Notes: generated by a model not told the origin, from the sequence alone. Shown: positions 36,193 to 49,256, numbered from the stretch's first letter. The stretch: DNA of 64,000 nt from Eledone cirrhosa (GCA_964016885.1 OZ024744.1:9982001-10046000), one strand, 5' to 3'. Numbers and translations: made by a program.

Positions 36193-39167
36193 GTATTAAT
36201 AGTACTATTTATGGTTATGAAAATACAAAAACCTTTAGCAGTTATATGTATTTTTTATACAAACCCTAAATAGTGGTAGGCAGTAATGTATTACTAGCTT
36301 ATTACCAGTAAGTTAAGTAGCTCAATGTAAAAACATCAGATGAATTACAGAGCAGTTATATGAAATGTAAGAATCAAAGAACTGTTCAAAACATTATTGT
36401 GCTTACAGCTGTTTCCTCCAAACCGAGGTTTGGATTCTTCGGAGCAATTTATTAATGAATGGACAGTTATATGACCTCCTTTTCAGCCAAGAGACATACC
36501 GATACATATGCAAATATTGTGGGTCAACATTCATTACAGCATTTAGAGTGGCAGTACACCCTTTGAGATTACATTCATAATAAAAGGTACAATCAAAAAT
36601 CAAAAATACAGGTTAAAATACAACATGAAGATAAGCGGTTATATAGTGCAAATGTTATATGTGTGGCAAGCACGTGCGTCTTGTTTATATAGTGTGGCAG
36701 AGAGATATGTGTGGTAGAAGCACTTAGGTAGGTAAAGAAGAGTGTTAGGTTGGTTGATCTGGTGGCAACTTCTTTATATGATTGTTATAGTCTGTGTGTG
36801 GAGAAAAGATATAAGCATTAAAAATAGTGCAAGCATTAAAAGTATTAAACATATTGGAGATGCACAGCGAAGGGATGACAAGGACCTCATGTACTTCGAC
36901 ATTTTCATGGTCAGGGGAGTGTATTTTTCGATTATATGCCCCTCACATAATCCACGGCAATTCTATATTGAGCGTTTGACAATCCAGTTAGAGAATCGTA
37001 GTCTGATGTTCTTTAGTTCAATACAGGAGGCTGTTACGTTTCGAGAAACGACATTGAATACTACCCGGAAGTTTGTGTGTGGCTAAGGGGAGTTAATGCA
37101 TCAGGGGAGGTAACTCCGGGGTTTCTATACCTAGCTATTGAAATGTCTCAATATAGACCCTAATTTCTATGGTTATGCGCAACTTCAAAAAAGTTCCTAA
37201 AGCATAAAGTGTTTTAACTATAGAGTAGTTTATTAAGTTGTGCTGAAGGTGTTCGTATTATTATGGTGAATTAACCCCCATCCTAGGGTGTCACAAATGA
37301 ATATTATAGACGATGAGCGAGGATTCTAAATTAATGATCCTTGTGGTTGTACCCTACTCAAAGGACCAGGCGCGGTGATTGCAGAATCACTTCAAGACAC
37401 AATGATCTCTGGTAAGTTCTGGGTCACCGCTTGCTACATTGGATGTCGAAAGGTAATCATCATCAGGACCGGCCAGAGGTCAATCCGCAGTCCTCATGAC
37501 CCCACTCTGACCATCAAACCATCCATATATGTACAACCCGCACGGCAGTTGCAATACATTCATTCTCTGCACTCAGCGTCCTGGTCCTACTGCTCAACAG
37601 CGTTACTAGATTAAATCGTTTTTCATCTGTCTAAGGAAGGCACTACCTCCGCACAACACCACCAAACTAATCAATTCCTGCTAAATTACCTATAGAGCGG
37701 TGTAGTGCAGTTCAAGTGGGTGGATGTTGCCACCCCTAACGTAGAGGTATAAATGGGTATTCTCCCAGCGAAGGGTTCCGGAGGGATGTCGTAGTTTGTG
37801 TTATATTAGATCAGTTAGTGTTGTGTATGTGGTATAAGGTGTGCCCCTGGTGTTAGATGCTAGATGTGGTGTTTGGTTCAAGTCCGACATTGCTATATAT
37901 TGGGCTTAAAGTTTTGGAAGGAATGTCTGAAGCGGTGCTGGCAAGTTGCAAACACCTCAGATTTTTTGTTAAGTAGGTTACGGTTGGAGAAGATAATATT
38001 GTGGGTCTCTAGTATACAGAGGTTACAAAATTTATTAGGTGGTTTGTACGAAGTCGCGCTGCCTATCACTTCCCATTTGAGTGTGTATGGTTTATTTTTA
38101 GTTTTTAGATAGTGTATGTAGCTAGATAGTGAGGTGGATAGCTAGGCTGTGCTTTTTGAACGAGTGGATGTGCGAATTATATCTGATTTTGAAGCTGTTA
38201 GAAGTGGAGCCTACATAGGTTTCTGAAGAGTTGCTAGTTGTGACGGTGCATGAGTATATGATATCCTTGGTTAGACATTTTTTATCCAAAGGGCAGGTTC
38301 TATTAGCTCTACAGTTACAATTATCCTGTGTGTTAGTCTGCAGGTTATAATGCAGTGCAGGAGTCTGGGTGGTAGCTATAGGATTTTGGACATTCGGGTT
38401 GTCAACCCCGGTGTTATTTCTTATACTAGTGTTATTTCTATTGTTACTGCCGTTACTATGGTTGCTTGCTACAGAGGTATTTATAAGGTTTGGATCCTGT
38501 TGTGATTTCGTTTGTTGGAAGTAAGAATTAATTTTATTTTTATTACTGCTAGCTATGTGGTATGCTAAGTTAGGCGTCATAGAGTATGAGATTTTAATAG
38601 TGTTTTTGTTTAAAAGGTTGTGGTATTTGTGTCCTAGAGGGAAGTTTTTATCTAGTAGTGAGAAGAAAGCCCTAGGTATGTTGGTGGAGACATTTAGGTT
38701 GAAAGGAGGGTCGAAAAATGTATTATTTCTTCTTCTATTTTTGCTTTTAGTGTTTGGTGTGTTGTTTCTTCCTACGGCACCACAGTAGTTTGCGTGGTAA
38801 TGGTTACTTCCGGTGGCACCCTCCGCTTTGGTGTACTTGTGGTTGCTATTCCTATTATTAGGTTTCCTCATGGACATGTTGTGCGAGATGATGTTGTAGC
38901 TATGTGTTTTCTTAGGTAGGAACTCAATTTCTATATTATGGCCGGATCTAGCTAATGCTTGATTGTAATATTGTGAGTTTTTGCTAAATATGTTTGCGTC
39001 ATAGGACAGGCTAGAGATTCTATTGGATACCCCCTTAGAGATAGAGTTTAATATTGATCTAGGGTGGTTAGACTTAGTATCTACGTAAATGAGTTTTTCG
39101 TTAGGCTTATGGAAAGGTGTATATATTTTTGAGTCTAGGTATAGTATGGCGTCTAGGAAGTTTACAA
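36193..39167 (-). mobile_element. 5'-truncated Hydra-like PLE (thumb + GIY-YIG, long 3' UTR)
   Basis: VNFLD..PFHKPNE..SNHP, ORF 38122-38877 ([21 protein letters not shown]) and a frameshifted C-terminus to ~37896. Confidence 0.82.
36400..36446 (-). ncRNA. Hammerhead motif with CCGAAGA core
   Basis: UGCU-CCGAAGA-A-UCCAAAC(CUCG)GUUUGGA-G-GAAA-CAGCUG-UA-AGCA. Confidence 0.7.
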
Positions 39168-39290
39168 TGTATATATATATATGTATATATATATATATGT
39201 ATAGTATATATATATGTATATATATATGTATATATATGTCTATATATATGTATATATATATATATATATGTATATATATGTATATATATG

Positions 39291-39322
<32 letters not shown>

Positions 39323-39635
39323 CATATATATATGTTTATATATATATATATATATATGTATGTATATATGTATATATATATATATGTTTATATATATATA
39401 TATATATATATTTCGTTTCTGAATTTGTTTAGCAAGATTCTTTATCTGAAATCGTGTGTTGAAACCGATATTGTTATACTTTGGGAGGGTCAAGTTGCCA
39501 ATAAGAAACACATGCACCAGTTGCTTTCACTTCAATTTATTATATATTTATAAATTTATAAATTTACAAATCTACAAGCTTATAAATTTCTGGTTGGTTG
39601 GTTGGTTCCACAACCAGATAGTTGTTTATATATAT

Positions 39636-39680
39636 AGTCATAGTCCTTTCGTCACACACTCTGTGACCTCTTCAGTGACT
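39636..39680 (-). ncRNA. Minimal hammerhead motif (N1)
   Basis: AGUCA-CUGAAGA-G-GUCACA(GAGUG)UGUGAC-GAAA-G(GA)C-UA-UGACU. Confidence 0.8.
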
Positions 39681-39957
39681 GGGGATTCCTTTCTTCGTTT
39701 CTGTGCCTTTTCTTTCTTCTATCCTACGCCATTTTGTTTCTGTGTGTGTGTTGTGTGCTCAGTTTGCGCATGTGCCACATCCGGGTGTCTGTGTGTGTTT
39801 GTGTTCATTTTTCTATTTGTTTATTTATTTATTGTTGGTTGGTTGTTTGTTCTATGTGTGTGTGTGTTTTCATTTTGTCCTGTGTGTGTTTTAATTTTGT
39901 GTGTGTTTTCAATTGTAAGTTGTTTGTTCTATGTGTGTGTGTGTTTTCATTTTGTCC

Positions 39958-41550
39958 TTAATTGTAAGTTGTGATGTTGCTGTTCCACTCATATTTTCTA
40001 TTTAATTTTGGTTTTAATTCTTTTATGCTTACTGCCTCTGTAATTTGCCTAAACATTGCGTCTTTTCTGTGTGTGGATTCTATTTTTATTTCTATGCTCT
40101 CTAATCTACCCCTGTGTTCTATCTTAGCATGTTGGTAGAGCACAGATGATTCTTTATTATCTTGGAGGTCTCGCCAGTGTTCATTTATTCGTTCCCCTAT
40201 ACTACGAGCTGTCTCACCTATGTACACTATATTTTTGTTTCTACATTGTCCTTCAGTACATCTTATGCTATACACTACATTTCTAGTTTTACAGTGAATA
40301 TGGGGGCTTATTTTACAGGTTATACATTTCTTATCTATACATGAGGGTCTTTGGAACGGGTATGTCTTGCTAATAAGTGTTTTTACGGAGGTACCAGGTC
40401 TTTCTACTATCTTAATATTGAGATTATGTTTATTTAGGGCCCTTCTAAATTTGTAGGCTAGTTCGCCTCTAGGGGTTGTATTGATGAACATTACACTCTG
40501 GTATTTATTGCTATCATACCATGAGTTTATTCTATTGGCCTTGTTCCTAGTTCTTTCTATTCTATTCCAAAATTTGCTCCTATACAAGGGGCAGGTCCCA
40601 TTTATGTCATTATTTACCATTTTTTCCCATTTGGTTCTGGCTCCTTTATACACTCTGATTCTATCTCTCTGATTGTAGCCAGAGAACTGCATACGGTGGA
40701 TGAAGTGTTGTATGTGTCTCTCTAGTTCTTCGGGGTTGCACATGCGGGATACATTTCTCATCACCCGTACCAAATCCGCAATCAGTATGTTGATTTTGGT
40801 ATGGTCCGAAATGGCCGAGTTTCGGTGGATCAGATGTTTGGAAGTCATGGGTTTGGCATAATGGGAATGGAGGATTTGTTTTTGGTTGTTAATGGTATCT
40901 AACCAGAGCTCTGTGTCTAGTACAGGTAATCGATGGTTGGGGTGTCTACTTGGGTAGTCTATAGTAACTCTAATGCTCTGGTGGATGGAGTTTGCTATTT
41001 GCTGGATGCTTTCCATTGTGTTTTTCTCTAGTTCCTGACTGTTCTTTAGTGGGGGTGTCTTAACTACGATGTTTATATCATCTACGTAGCGGGAGTACAT
41101 TATCAGGGTTAAGCTGTCTTCTAATTGTTCATTAAGTTTTTGTTTAAGTCTACTGTCCCACCATACCATGAATAAGTTAGCTATGTCGCCTGCAATGCTA
41201 ACACCAATGGCTGCTCCTTCCTCTTGGGCATATGTTTTACCATTAAATTTGAACATATGATCCTTAAGGGTTAATTTTATGCTGGCCCCTACCGCATGTG
41301 CAATCATTTTCTTCAGTTCATCGTGGTTTTCAGGTGTCCGTATGGCTCTGGTCCACCCGTTCCATCTATCTGTGTGGGTTTTCTTGGCCATTGAGGTAAT
41401 GGTAGGTGGTCTGCCTCTTGCTGGTCTTGTAGGGCACAGGTTGCTAAGGTCATAAGTGTCTAGGTAACTATTACTATGGGTAAGCTTAAGTAGAAATCCC
41501 AGCTCACTGGTATCAATCCCACGGAACTCAACCTTGCTCTCGCTGATCAT
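39958..41550 (-). CDS. PLE RT (partial) + GIY-YIG endonuclease, 530 aa open frame
   Basis: [40 protein letters not shown]; upstream in-frame TGA near 41558 and 5' truncation. Confidence 0.8.
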   Translation of the reverse strand: MISESKVEFRGIDTSELGFLLKLTHSNSYLDTYDLSNLCPTRPARGRPPTITSMAKKTHTDRWNGWTRAIRTPENHDELKKMIAHAVGASIKLTLKDHMFKFNGKTYAQEEGAAIGVSIAGDIANLFMVWWDSRLKQKLNEQLEDSLTLIMYSRYVDDINIVVKTPPLKNSQELEKNTMESIQQIANSIHQSIRVTIDYPSRHPNHRLPVLDTELWLDTINNQKQILHSHYAKPMTSKHLIHRNSAISDHTKINILIADLVRVMRNVSRMCNPEELERHIQHFIHRMQFSGYNQRDRIRVYKGARTKWEKMVNNDINGTCPLYRSKFWNRIERTRNKANRINSWYDSNKYQSVMFINTTPRGELAYKFRRALNKHNLNIKIVERPGTSVKTLISKTYPFQRPSCIDKKCITCKISPHIHCKTRNVVYSIRCTEGQCRNKNIVYIGETARSIGERINEHWRDLQDNKESSVLYQHAKIEHRGRLESIEIKIESTHRKDAMFRQITEAVSIKELKPKLNRKYEWNSNITTYN

Positions 41551-43166
41551 TTCTACTCATTTCTCCACAGCAAAATCCACGTCAATAGATGGATACAGGG
41601 ACACAACATCCATACTGCCTATTATGCAGTTTGTTAGGTCCCCAGATCGGTTACCCGCGCCGATTCTGCTGAGGAGGTCCTCCGTGCTGTCACACACATC
41701 TGGGGACATCTCAATGATGGGGCGTATGATCAGGGAGAGGAAGTAGGACAGTCTGTAGTTACTAGCAATGTTAGCCCCACAGACTGGTCGTGTTGGTGGT
41801 CCCGTGACAGGGTCCCAGCCCGTTTTATGGTCTTTTCGAAGCCCAGAGTTACTATAGAGTTACTATAGTTACATTAGAGTTACTATAGACTACCCAAGTA
41901 GACACCCCAACCATCGATTACCTGTACTAGACACAGAGCTCTGGTTAGATACCATTAACAACCAAAAACAAATCCTCCATTCCCATTATGCCAAACCCAT
42001 GACTTCCAAACATCTGATCCACCGAAACTCGGCCATTTCGGACCATACCAAAATCAACATACTGATTGCGGATTTGGTACGGGTGATGAGAAATGTGTCC
42101 CGCATGTGCAACCCCGAAGAACTAGAGAGACACATACAACACTTCATCCACCGTATGCAGTTCTCTGGCTACAATCAGAGAGATAGAATCAGAGTGTATA
42201 AAGGAGCCAGAACCAAATGGGAAAAAATGGTAAATAATGACATAAATGGGACCTGCCCCTTGTATAGGAGCAAATTTTGGAATAGAATAGAAAGAACTAG
42301 GAACAAGGCCAATAGAATAAACTCATGGTATGATAGCAATAAATACCAGAGTGTAATGTTCATCAATACAACCCCTAGAGGCGAACTAGCCTACAAATTT
42401 AGAAGGGCCCTAAATAAACATAATCTCAATATTAAGATAGTAGAAAGACCTGGTACCTCCGTAAAAACACTTATTAGCAAGACATACCCGTTCCAAAGAC
42501 CCTCATGTATAGATAAGAAATGTATAACCTGTAAAATAAGCCCCCATATTCACTGTAAAACTAGAAATGTAGTGTATAGCATAAGATGTACTGAAGGACA
42601 ATGTAGAAACAAAAATATAGTGTACATAGGTGAGACAGCTCGTAGTATAGGGGAACGAATAAATGAACACTGGCGAGACCTCCAAGATAATAAAGAATCA
42701 TCTGTGCTCTACCAACATGCTAAGATAGAACACAGGGGTAGATTAGAGAGCATAGAAATAAAAATAGAATCCACGCACAGAAAAGACGCAATGTTTAGGC
42801 AAATTACAGAGGCAGTAAGCATAAAAGAATTAAAACCAAAATTAAATAGAAAATATGAGTGGAACAGCAACATCACAACTTACAATTAAGGACAAAATGA
42901 AAACACACACACACATAGAACAAACAACTTACAATTGAAAACACACACAAAATTAAAACACACACAGGACAAAATGAAAACACACACACACATAGAACAA
43001 ACAACCAACCAACAATAAATAAATAAACAAATAGAAAAATGAACACAAACACACACAGACACCCGGATGTGGCACATGCGCAAACTGAGCACACAACACA
43101 CACACAGAAACAAAATGGCGTAGGATAGAAGAAAGAAAAGGCACAGAAACGAAGAAAGGAATCCCC

Positions 43167-43211
43167 AGTCACTGAAGAGGTCACAGAGTGTGTGACGAAA
43201 GGACTATGACT
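43167..43211 (+). ncRNA. Minimal hammerhead motif (N1), inverted copy
   Basis: Same sequence as 39636-39680 on the plus strand. Confidence 0.8.
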
Positions 43212-43405
43212 ATATATATAAACAACTATCTGGTTGTGGAACCAACCAACCAACCAGAAATTTATAAGCTTGTAGATTTGTAAATTTATAAATTTATAAA
43301 TATATAATAAATTGAAGTGAAAGCAACTGGTGCATGTGTTTCTTATTGGCAACATGACCCTCCCAAAGTATAACAATATATATATATATGTATTTATATA
43401 TATAT

Positions 43406-43455
<50 letters not shown>

Positions 43456-43490
43456 ATATATATATGTTTATATATATATATATATACATA

Positions 43491-44286
43491 CTATACGAAC
43501 TAAGGAAAAAATTAGAAATAAGAGGGATCAGAGGTTGTTTACTCGAGAGAAGGCTACGTTGGTACGGTCACGTGATGCGCATGAAAGACGACAGCTGTAT
43601 AACAAAGTGCAGGGCAATAAAGATAGACGGTAGCCACGGAGTAGGCAGACCCAGAAAAACATGGGACGAGCTGATAAATTCCGACCTCACACGCTTACAC
43701 CTCTCCAAGACAATGTCACTGGACCGAGACCTTTGGCGGTACTCAGTAATAGAGAAGACCCGCCTTACCTAAATACAAAGTAAAAACCTACTACAGTCAG
43801 TAGGCATCTCTATCAAAACACCCCCCCCCCCCTGTCCCACCACCTCCACCCCATCCACACCGCCCCTTTCAATGTAAAGTTATGTTGGTCCCACAACATC
43901 CAGGCCGAAACAAATGCGATCGTGTAGGTGTCACGACAAAAAAACACACAGTCCAGGCTGTAAATGTGGCCGTGTAGGCAACACGGTAAAAACCTCCCAG
44001 TCCCACACTGTAAATGTGGTTGGTGTTAGGAAGGCCATCCAACTGTAGAAAACCCGCCAGACAGTCCACGCTGTAATGTGGCCGTGTAGGCAACACGGTA
44101 AAAACCTCCCAGCCCCACACTGTAAATGTGGTTGGTGTTAGGAAGGCCATCCAACTGTAGAAAACCCGCCAGACAGTCCTATGCGAGCAAGACAACCACT
44201 CTTGCCTCAAGTGGGACTACCCCCGTCCAAACCCATGCAAGCGTGGAACACGGACGCTAAACCTGATGATGATGATGATGATGATG
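43491..44286 (+). mobile_element. RTE family A 3' fragment
   Basis: [10 protein letters not shown]...IEKTRLT*, 3' UTR with two units, (GAT)n tail. Confidence 0.9.
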
Positions 44287-44317
44287 ACATGTATATATAT
44301 ATATATATATGTATGTA

Positions 44318-44362
<45 letters not shown>

Positions 44363-44507
44363 ATATGTATATATATATGTATATATATATGTATATGTAT
44401 ATGTATATATATATATATATGTATATATATATGTATGTATATATATATGTATATATATATGTATGTAAATATATATATATATATATGTATATATATGTAT
44501 ATATATG

Positions 44508-44556
<49 letters not shown>

Positions 44557-44563
<7 letters not shown>

Positions 44564-46150
44564 TGAAGAGTTTAGCGTAAAAGTTGGTGTCCATCAGGGC
44601 TCTGTTCTTAGCCCCCTACTATTTATTATTGCCCTTCAGGCTATAACAGAGGAGTTCAAGACCGGCTGCCCATGGGAACTCCTATACGCAGACGACCTGA
44701 CACTCATAGCAGAATCAATGACCGAACTAGAGAAGAAATTCCAAACATGGAAGCACGGCCTAGAATCAAAAGGCCTTAAAATTAACCTGGCTAAGACTAA
44801 AGTTCTAGTTTGTAGGAAAGAAAATAAGGCGGCGGTCCCATCTGGGAAATGGCCATGCTCAGTGTGTAGGAAAGGCGTAGGTAGAAACTCCATTTTATGT
44901 CCCAAATGCAAAGTATGGGTGCATAAAAGATGTAGTGGGATCACAGGTAAGCTAACTAAGAACATAGATTTTACATGTGGCCGGTGCTCTGGTGCAATAA
45001 GTAGCAGCAAGTGCCCACAAAATACTAGCTCCTTCAACTGCGCAGAGGGTTCTATAGAAATAGTGGACAGCTTCCATTATCTGGGTGACAAAATCAGCAG
45101 TGGTGGAGGGTGCTCTGAAAGTACAGTAGCTAGAGTCAGAACTGGATGGAAAAAGTTCAGAGAGCTTATACCACTATTAGCCGCTAGAGGGTTCTCCCTA
45201 AAAATGAAAGGCAGGTTATACGATGCCTGCATACGAACAGCAATGCTGCATGGCAGTGAGACCTGGGCATTGTGTGCAGAGGATATACGCAGACTAGAGA
45301 GGAACGAAGCTTGCATGCTCCGCTGGATGTGCAATAGTAATATACGTGAACGGCAAAGCATAAACGATCTAAGGAAAAAATTAGAAATAAGAGGGACCAG
45401 ATGTTGTTTACTCGAGAGAAGGCTACGTTGGTACGGTCACGTGATGCGCATGAAAGACGACAGCTGTATAACAAAGTGCAGGGCAATAAAGATAGACGGT
45501 AGCCACGGAGTAGGCAGACCCAGAAAAACATGGGACGAGCTGATAAATTCCGACCTCACACGCTTACACCTCTCCAAGACAATGACACTGGACCGAGACC
45601 TTTGGCGGTACTCAGTAATAGAGAAGACCCGCCTTACCTAAATACAAAGTAAAAACCTACTACAGTCAGTAGGCATCTCTATCAAAACACCCCCCCGTCC
45701 CACCACCTCCACCCCATCCACACCGCCCCTTTCAATGTAAAGTTATGTTGGTCCCACAACATCCAGGCCGAAACAAATGCGATCGTGTAGGTGTCACGAC
45801 AAAAAAACACACAGTCCACGCTGTAAATGTGGCCGTGTAGGCAACACGGGAAAAACCTCCCAGCCCCACACTGTAAATGTGGTTGATGTTAGGAAGGGCA
45901 TCCAGCTGTAGAAAACCCGCCAGACAGTCCACGCTGTAATGTGGCCATGTAGGCAACACGGTAAAAACCTCCCAGCCCCACACTGTAAATGTGGTTGGTG
46001 TTAGGAAGGGCATCCAACTGTAGAAAACCCGCCAGATAGTCCTATGCGAGCAAGACAACCACTCTTGCCTCAAGTGGGAAAACCCCCGTCCAAACCCATG
46101 CAAGCGTGGAACACGGACGCTAAACCTGATGATGATGATGATGATGATGA
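44557..46150 (+). mobile_element. RTE family A, 5'-truncated, open frame to the stop at 45641
   Basis: ORF 44718-45641 with intact PHD finger; (GAT)n tail. Confidence 0.93.
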
Positions 46151-46312
46151 TGTATATATTTATATATGTATGTATATATGTGTATATACACATGTATGTA
46201 CACATATATACACATACATACACATTTATTTATATATATATATATATATATACATACACATATTTATTTTTATATATATATACAGACATACACATATTTA
46301 TATATGTATATG

Positions 46313-46391
<79 letters not shown>

Positions 46392-46432
46392 ATAGATATA
46401 TATATATATACATATATATATATGTATATATA

Positions 46433-47192
46433 TTCTCCCTCAGAATGAAAGGCAGACTGTATGATGCATGTATCCGAACAGCAATGTTGCATGGTAGTGA
46501 GACCTGGGCGCTGAAGGTGGAAGACTTACGTAGATTAGAGAGAAACGAAGCCTGCATGCTCTGATGGATGTGTAACAGTAATATATGCGAATGGCAAAGC
46601 ATAAACGAATTGAGAGAGAGACTGAGCATAAGAGGAACCAAATGCTGTGTGCAGGAGAGGTGGTTGCGTTGGTATGGACATGTGATGCGTATGAAGGATG
46701 ACAGCTGCATAAAAAGGTGCAGAGCACTAGAAGTTGATGGAAACCGCGGAGTGGGGAGACCCAAGAAGACCTGGGATGAGGTGATAAAAGCCGACCTTAC
46801 CCAATTACACCTCTCCAAGGGGATGACACACGACCGTGACCTCTGGCGTCACGCAGTAATACAGAGTACCCGACCTCCCATGGGTACAAGCTGAAGCATA
46901 TAGACAATATGCCCCCACACCCCCCACTGCAAGGTGGTCATGGAGTTGCCATGGCAAAAAAGCACTCAGCCCACACTGTAAAGTAGACGGGTAGGCGCCA
47001 CGAAAAAGCACCCAGCACTCACTGTAAATCAGGTTGGTGTTAGGAAGGGCATCCAGCTGTAGAAATCAAGCCAGATCAGTTCCTCTATGAGCAAGGCATG
47101 GTCAGCCGACCAGACACTGCCCACAACAGGACAACCCGTCTAACCCATGCTAGCGTGGAAGAACGGACGTAAAACGGTGATGATGATGATGA

Positions 47193-47195
<3 letters not shown>
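46433..47195 (+). mobile_element. RTE family B 3' fragment
   Basis: [13 protein letters not shown]...STRPPMGTS*; B-type 3' UTR; (GAT)n tail. Confidence 0.9.
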
Positions 47196-47265
<70 letters not shown>

Positions 47266-47266
47266 A

Positions 47267-47514
47267 TTTCGTTTCTGAATTTGTTTAGCAACATTCTTTA
47301 TCTGAAATCGTGTGTTGAAACCGATATTGTTATACTTTGGGAGGGTCATGTTGCCAATAAAAAACACACGCACCAGTTGCTTTCACTTCAATTTATTATA
47401 TATTTATAAATTTATAAATAATTTATAAATTTATAAATATATAATAAATTGAAGTGAAAGCAACTGGTGCGTGTGTTTCTTATTGGCAACATGACCCTCC
47501 CAAAGTATAACAAT
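47267..47514. mobile_element. Terminus-only N1 PLE palindrome
   Basis: Tail plus ~47326-47420 inverted at ~47420-47514. Confidence 0.82.
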
Positions 47515-47537
47515 ATATATATATACATATATACATA

Positions 47538-49220
47538 TCATCATCATCATCATCACCGTTTTACGTCCGTTCTTCCACGCTAGCATGGGTTAGACGGGTT
47601 GTCCTGTTGTGGGCAGTGTCTGGTCGGCTGACCATGCCTTGCTCATACAGGAACTGATCTGGCTTGATTTCTACAGCTGGATGCCCTTCCTAACACCAAC
47701 CTCATTTACAGTGAGTGCTGGGTGCTTTTTCGTGGCGCCTACACGTCCACTTTACAGTGTGGGCTGGGTGCTTTTTTGCCGTGGCACCTCCACGACCACC
47801 TTGCGGTGGGGGGGGGGGCATATTGTTTATATGCTTCAGCATGTACCCATGGGAGGTCGGGTACCCTGTATTACTGCGTGACGCCAGAAGTCACGGTCGT
47901 GTGTCATTGACTTTGAGAGGTGTAGTTGGGTAAGGTCGGCTTTTATCACCTCATCCCAAGTCATCTTGGGTCTCCCCACTCCGCGGTTTCCATCAACTTC
48001 TAGTGCTCTGCACCTTTTTATGCAGCTGTCATCCTTCATACGCATCACATATCCATACCAGTGTAACCGCCTCTCCTGCACGCAGCATTTGATTCCTCTT
48101 ATGCTCAGTCTCTGTCTCAATTCCTTTATGCTTTGTCATTCACGTATATTACTGTTACACATCCATCGGAGCATGCAGGCTTCGTTTCTCTCTAATCTAC
48201 ATAAGTCTTCCACCTTCAGCGCCCAGGTCTCACTACCATGCAACATCGCTGTTCGGATACACGCATCATACAGTCTGCCTTTCATTCTGAGGGAGAAGCC
48301 TTTTGCAGCTAGCAGTGGTAGTAGTTCCCTAAACTTCTTCCATCCCGTTCTTACCCTAGTTATTGTACTTTCTGAGCACCCACCTCCGTTGCTAATTCGG
48401 TCACCTAGGTAGCAGAAGCTGTCTACTGTTTCTACAGGGCCCTCCCAGAGATTGGTGGTACTTGTTTCCTGTGGCTGTTTGCTTGCTGTTTCAGCACAGC
48501 TGCTGCATGTGAATCCTACATTCTTAATTAAGCTTCCTGAGATCCCGCTACATCTCTTGTGTACCCATTGTTTGCATTTGGGGCAGAGAATGGAGTTCCT
48601 ACCTACACCTTTCCTACATACTGAGCAAGGCCATTTCCCTGAGGGGATCTGGGTTCTGTTTTCTCGTCTACTTATAAGGACCTTAGTCTTTGTCATGTTG
48701 ACTTTGAGGCCCTTTCTCTCTAGTCCCTGCTTCCAGGTTTGGAATTTATTCTCTAGTTCTACCATAGATTCAGCTATGAGTGCGAGGTCATCAGCATACA
48801 GGAGTTCCCATGGGCATCCGGTCTTAAACTCCTCCGTTATTGCCTGCAGGACTATGATGAACAGGAGAGGGCTAAGAACAGAGCCCTGGTGGACCCCAAC
48901 CTGTACGCTAAATTCCTCGCTATACTCATTGCCAATCCTAACTTTGCTGACTGCTCCCCTATACATGGCTTGTACCGCTTTCACAAGCCATTCATCTACT
49001 CCTAGTTTTCTAAGAGCCCACCAGATTACAGCACGTGGAACTCTGTCAAAGGCTTTCTCAAGGTCGACAAATGCCAAGTAGAGTGGCTTACTTTTAGCTA
49101 GGTACTTTTCCTGTAATTGCCTCACAAGGAAGAGGGCATCAGTGGTGCCTTTCCCTGGTACAAACCCAAATTGCATCTCGTCTATATTCACCCGGTCCCT
49201 AATCAGCTGTGCTATAACTC

Positions 49221-49221
<1 letters not shown>
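47538..49221 (-). mobile_element. RTE family B, 5'-truncated
   Basis: ORF 48136-49191 (RT + PHD) and 47836-48120; (CAT)n tail. Confidence 0.93.

Positions 49222-49256
<35 letters not shown>

Larger units (their letters stand above)
39412..43376. mobile_element. Young N1 PLE insertion with ~1.5-kb inverted duplication
   Basis: Minus copy 39412-41845 and plus copy ~41872-43376 are near-perfect reverse complements; identical translated C-terminal 296 aa. Confidence 0.93.

Noticed and set aside
37455-37470. CTGATGA on the minus strand within the PLE 3' region
   Set aside because: No downstream GAAA or stem III in a compatible arrangement.
41555-41561. In-frame TGA in the PLE RT as possible selenocysteine (known in Naiad PLEs)
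   Set aside because: The sister copy has TGG at this codon (~4407), it is a single occurrence and no SECIS was identified; most likely a nonsense mutation.
48452-49081. Recurring long antisense ORFs over RTE RT (also 679-1080, 44636-45037, 58029-58544)
   Set aside because: Shadow frames of the same repeated coding sequence, with variable ends and no recognisable domain.
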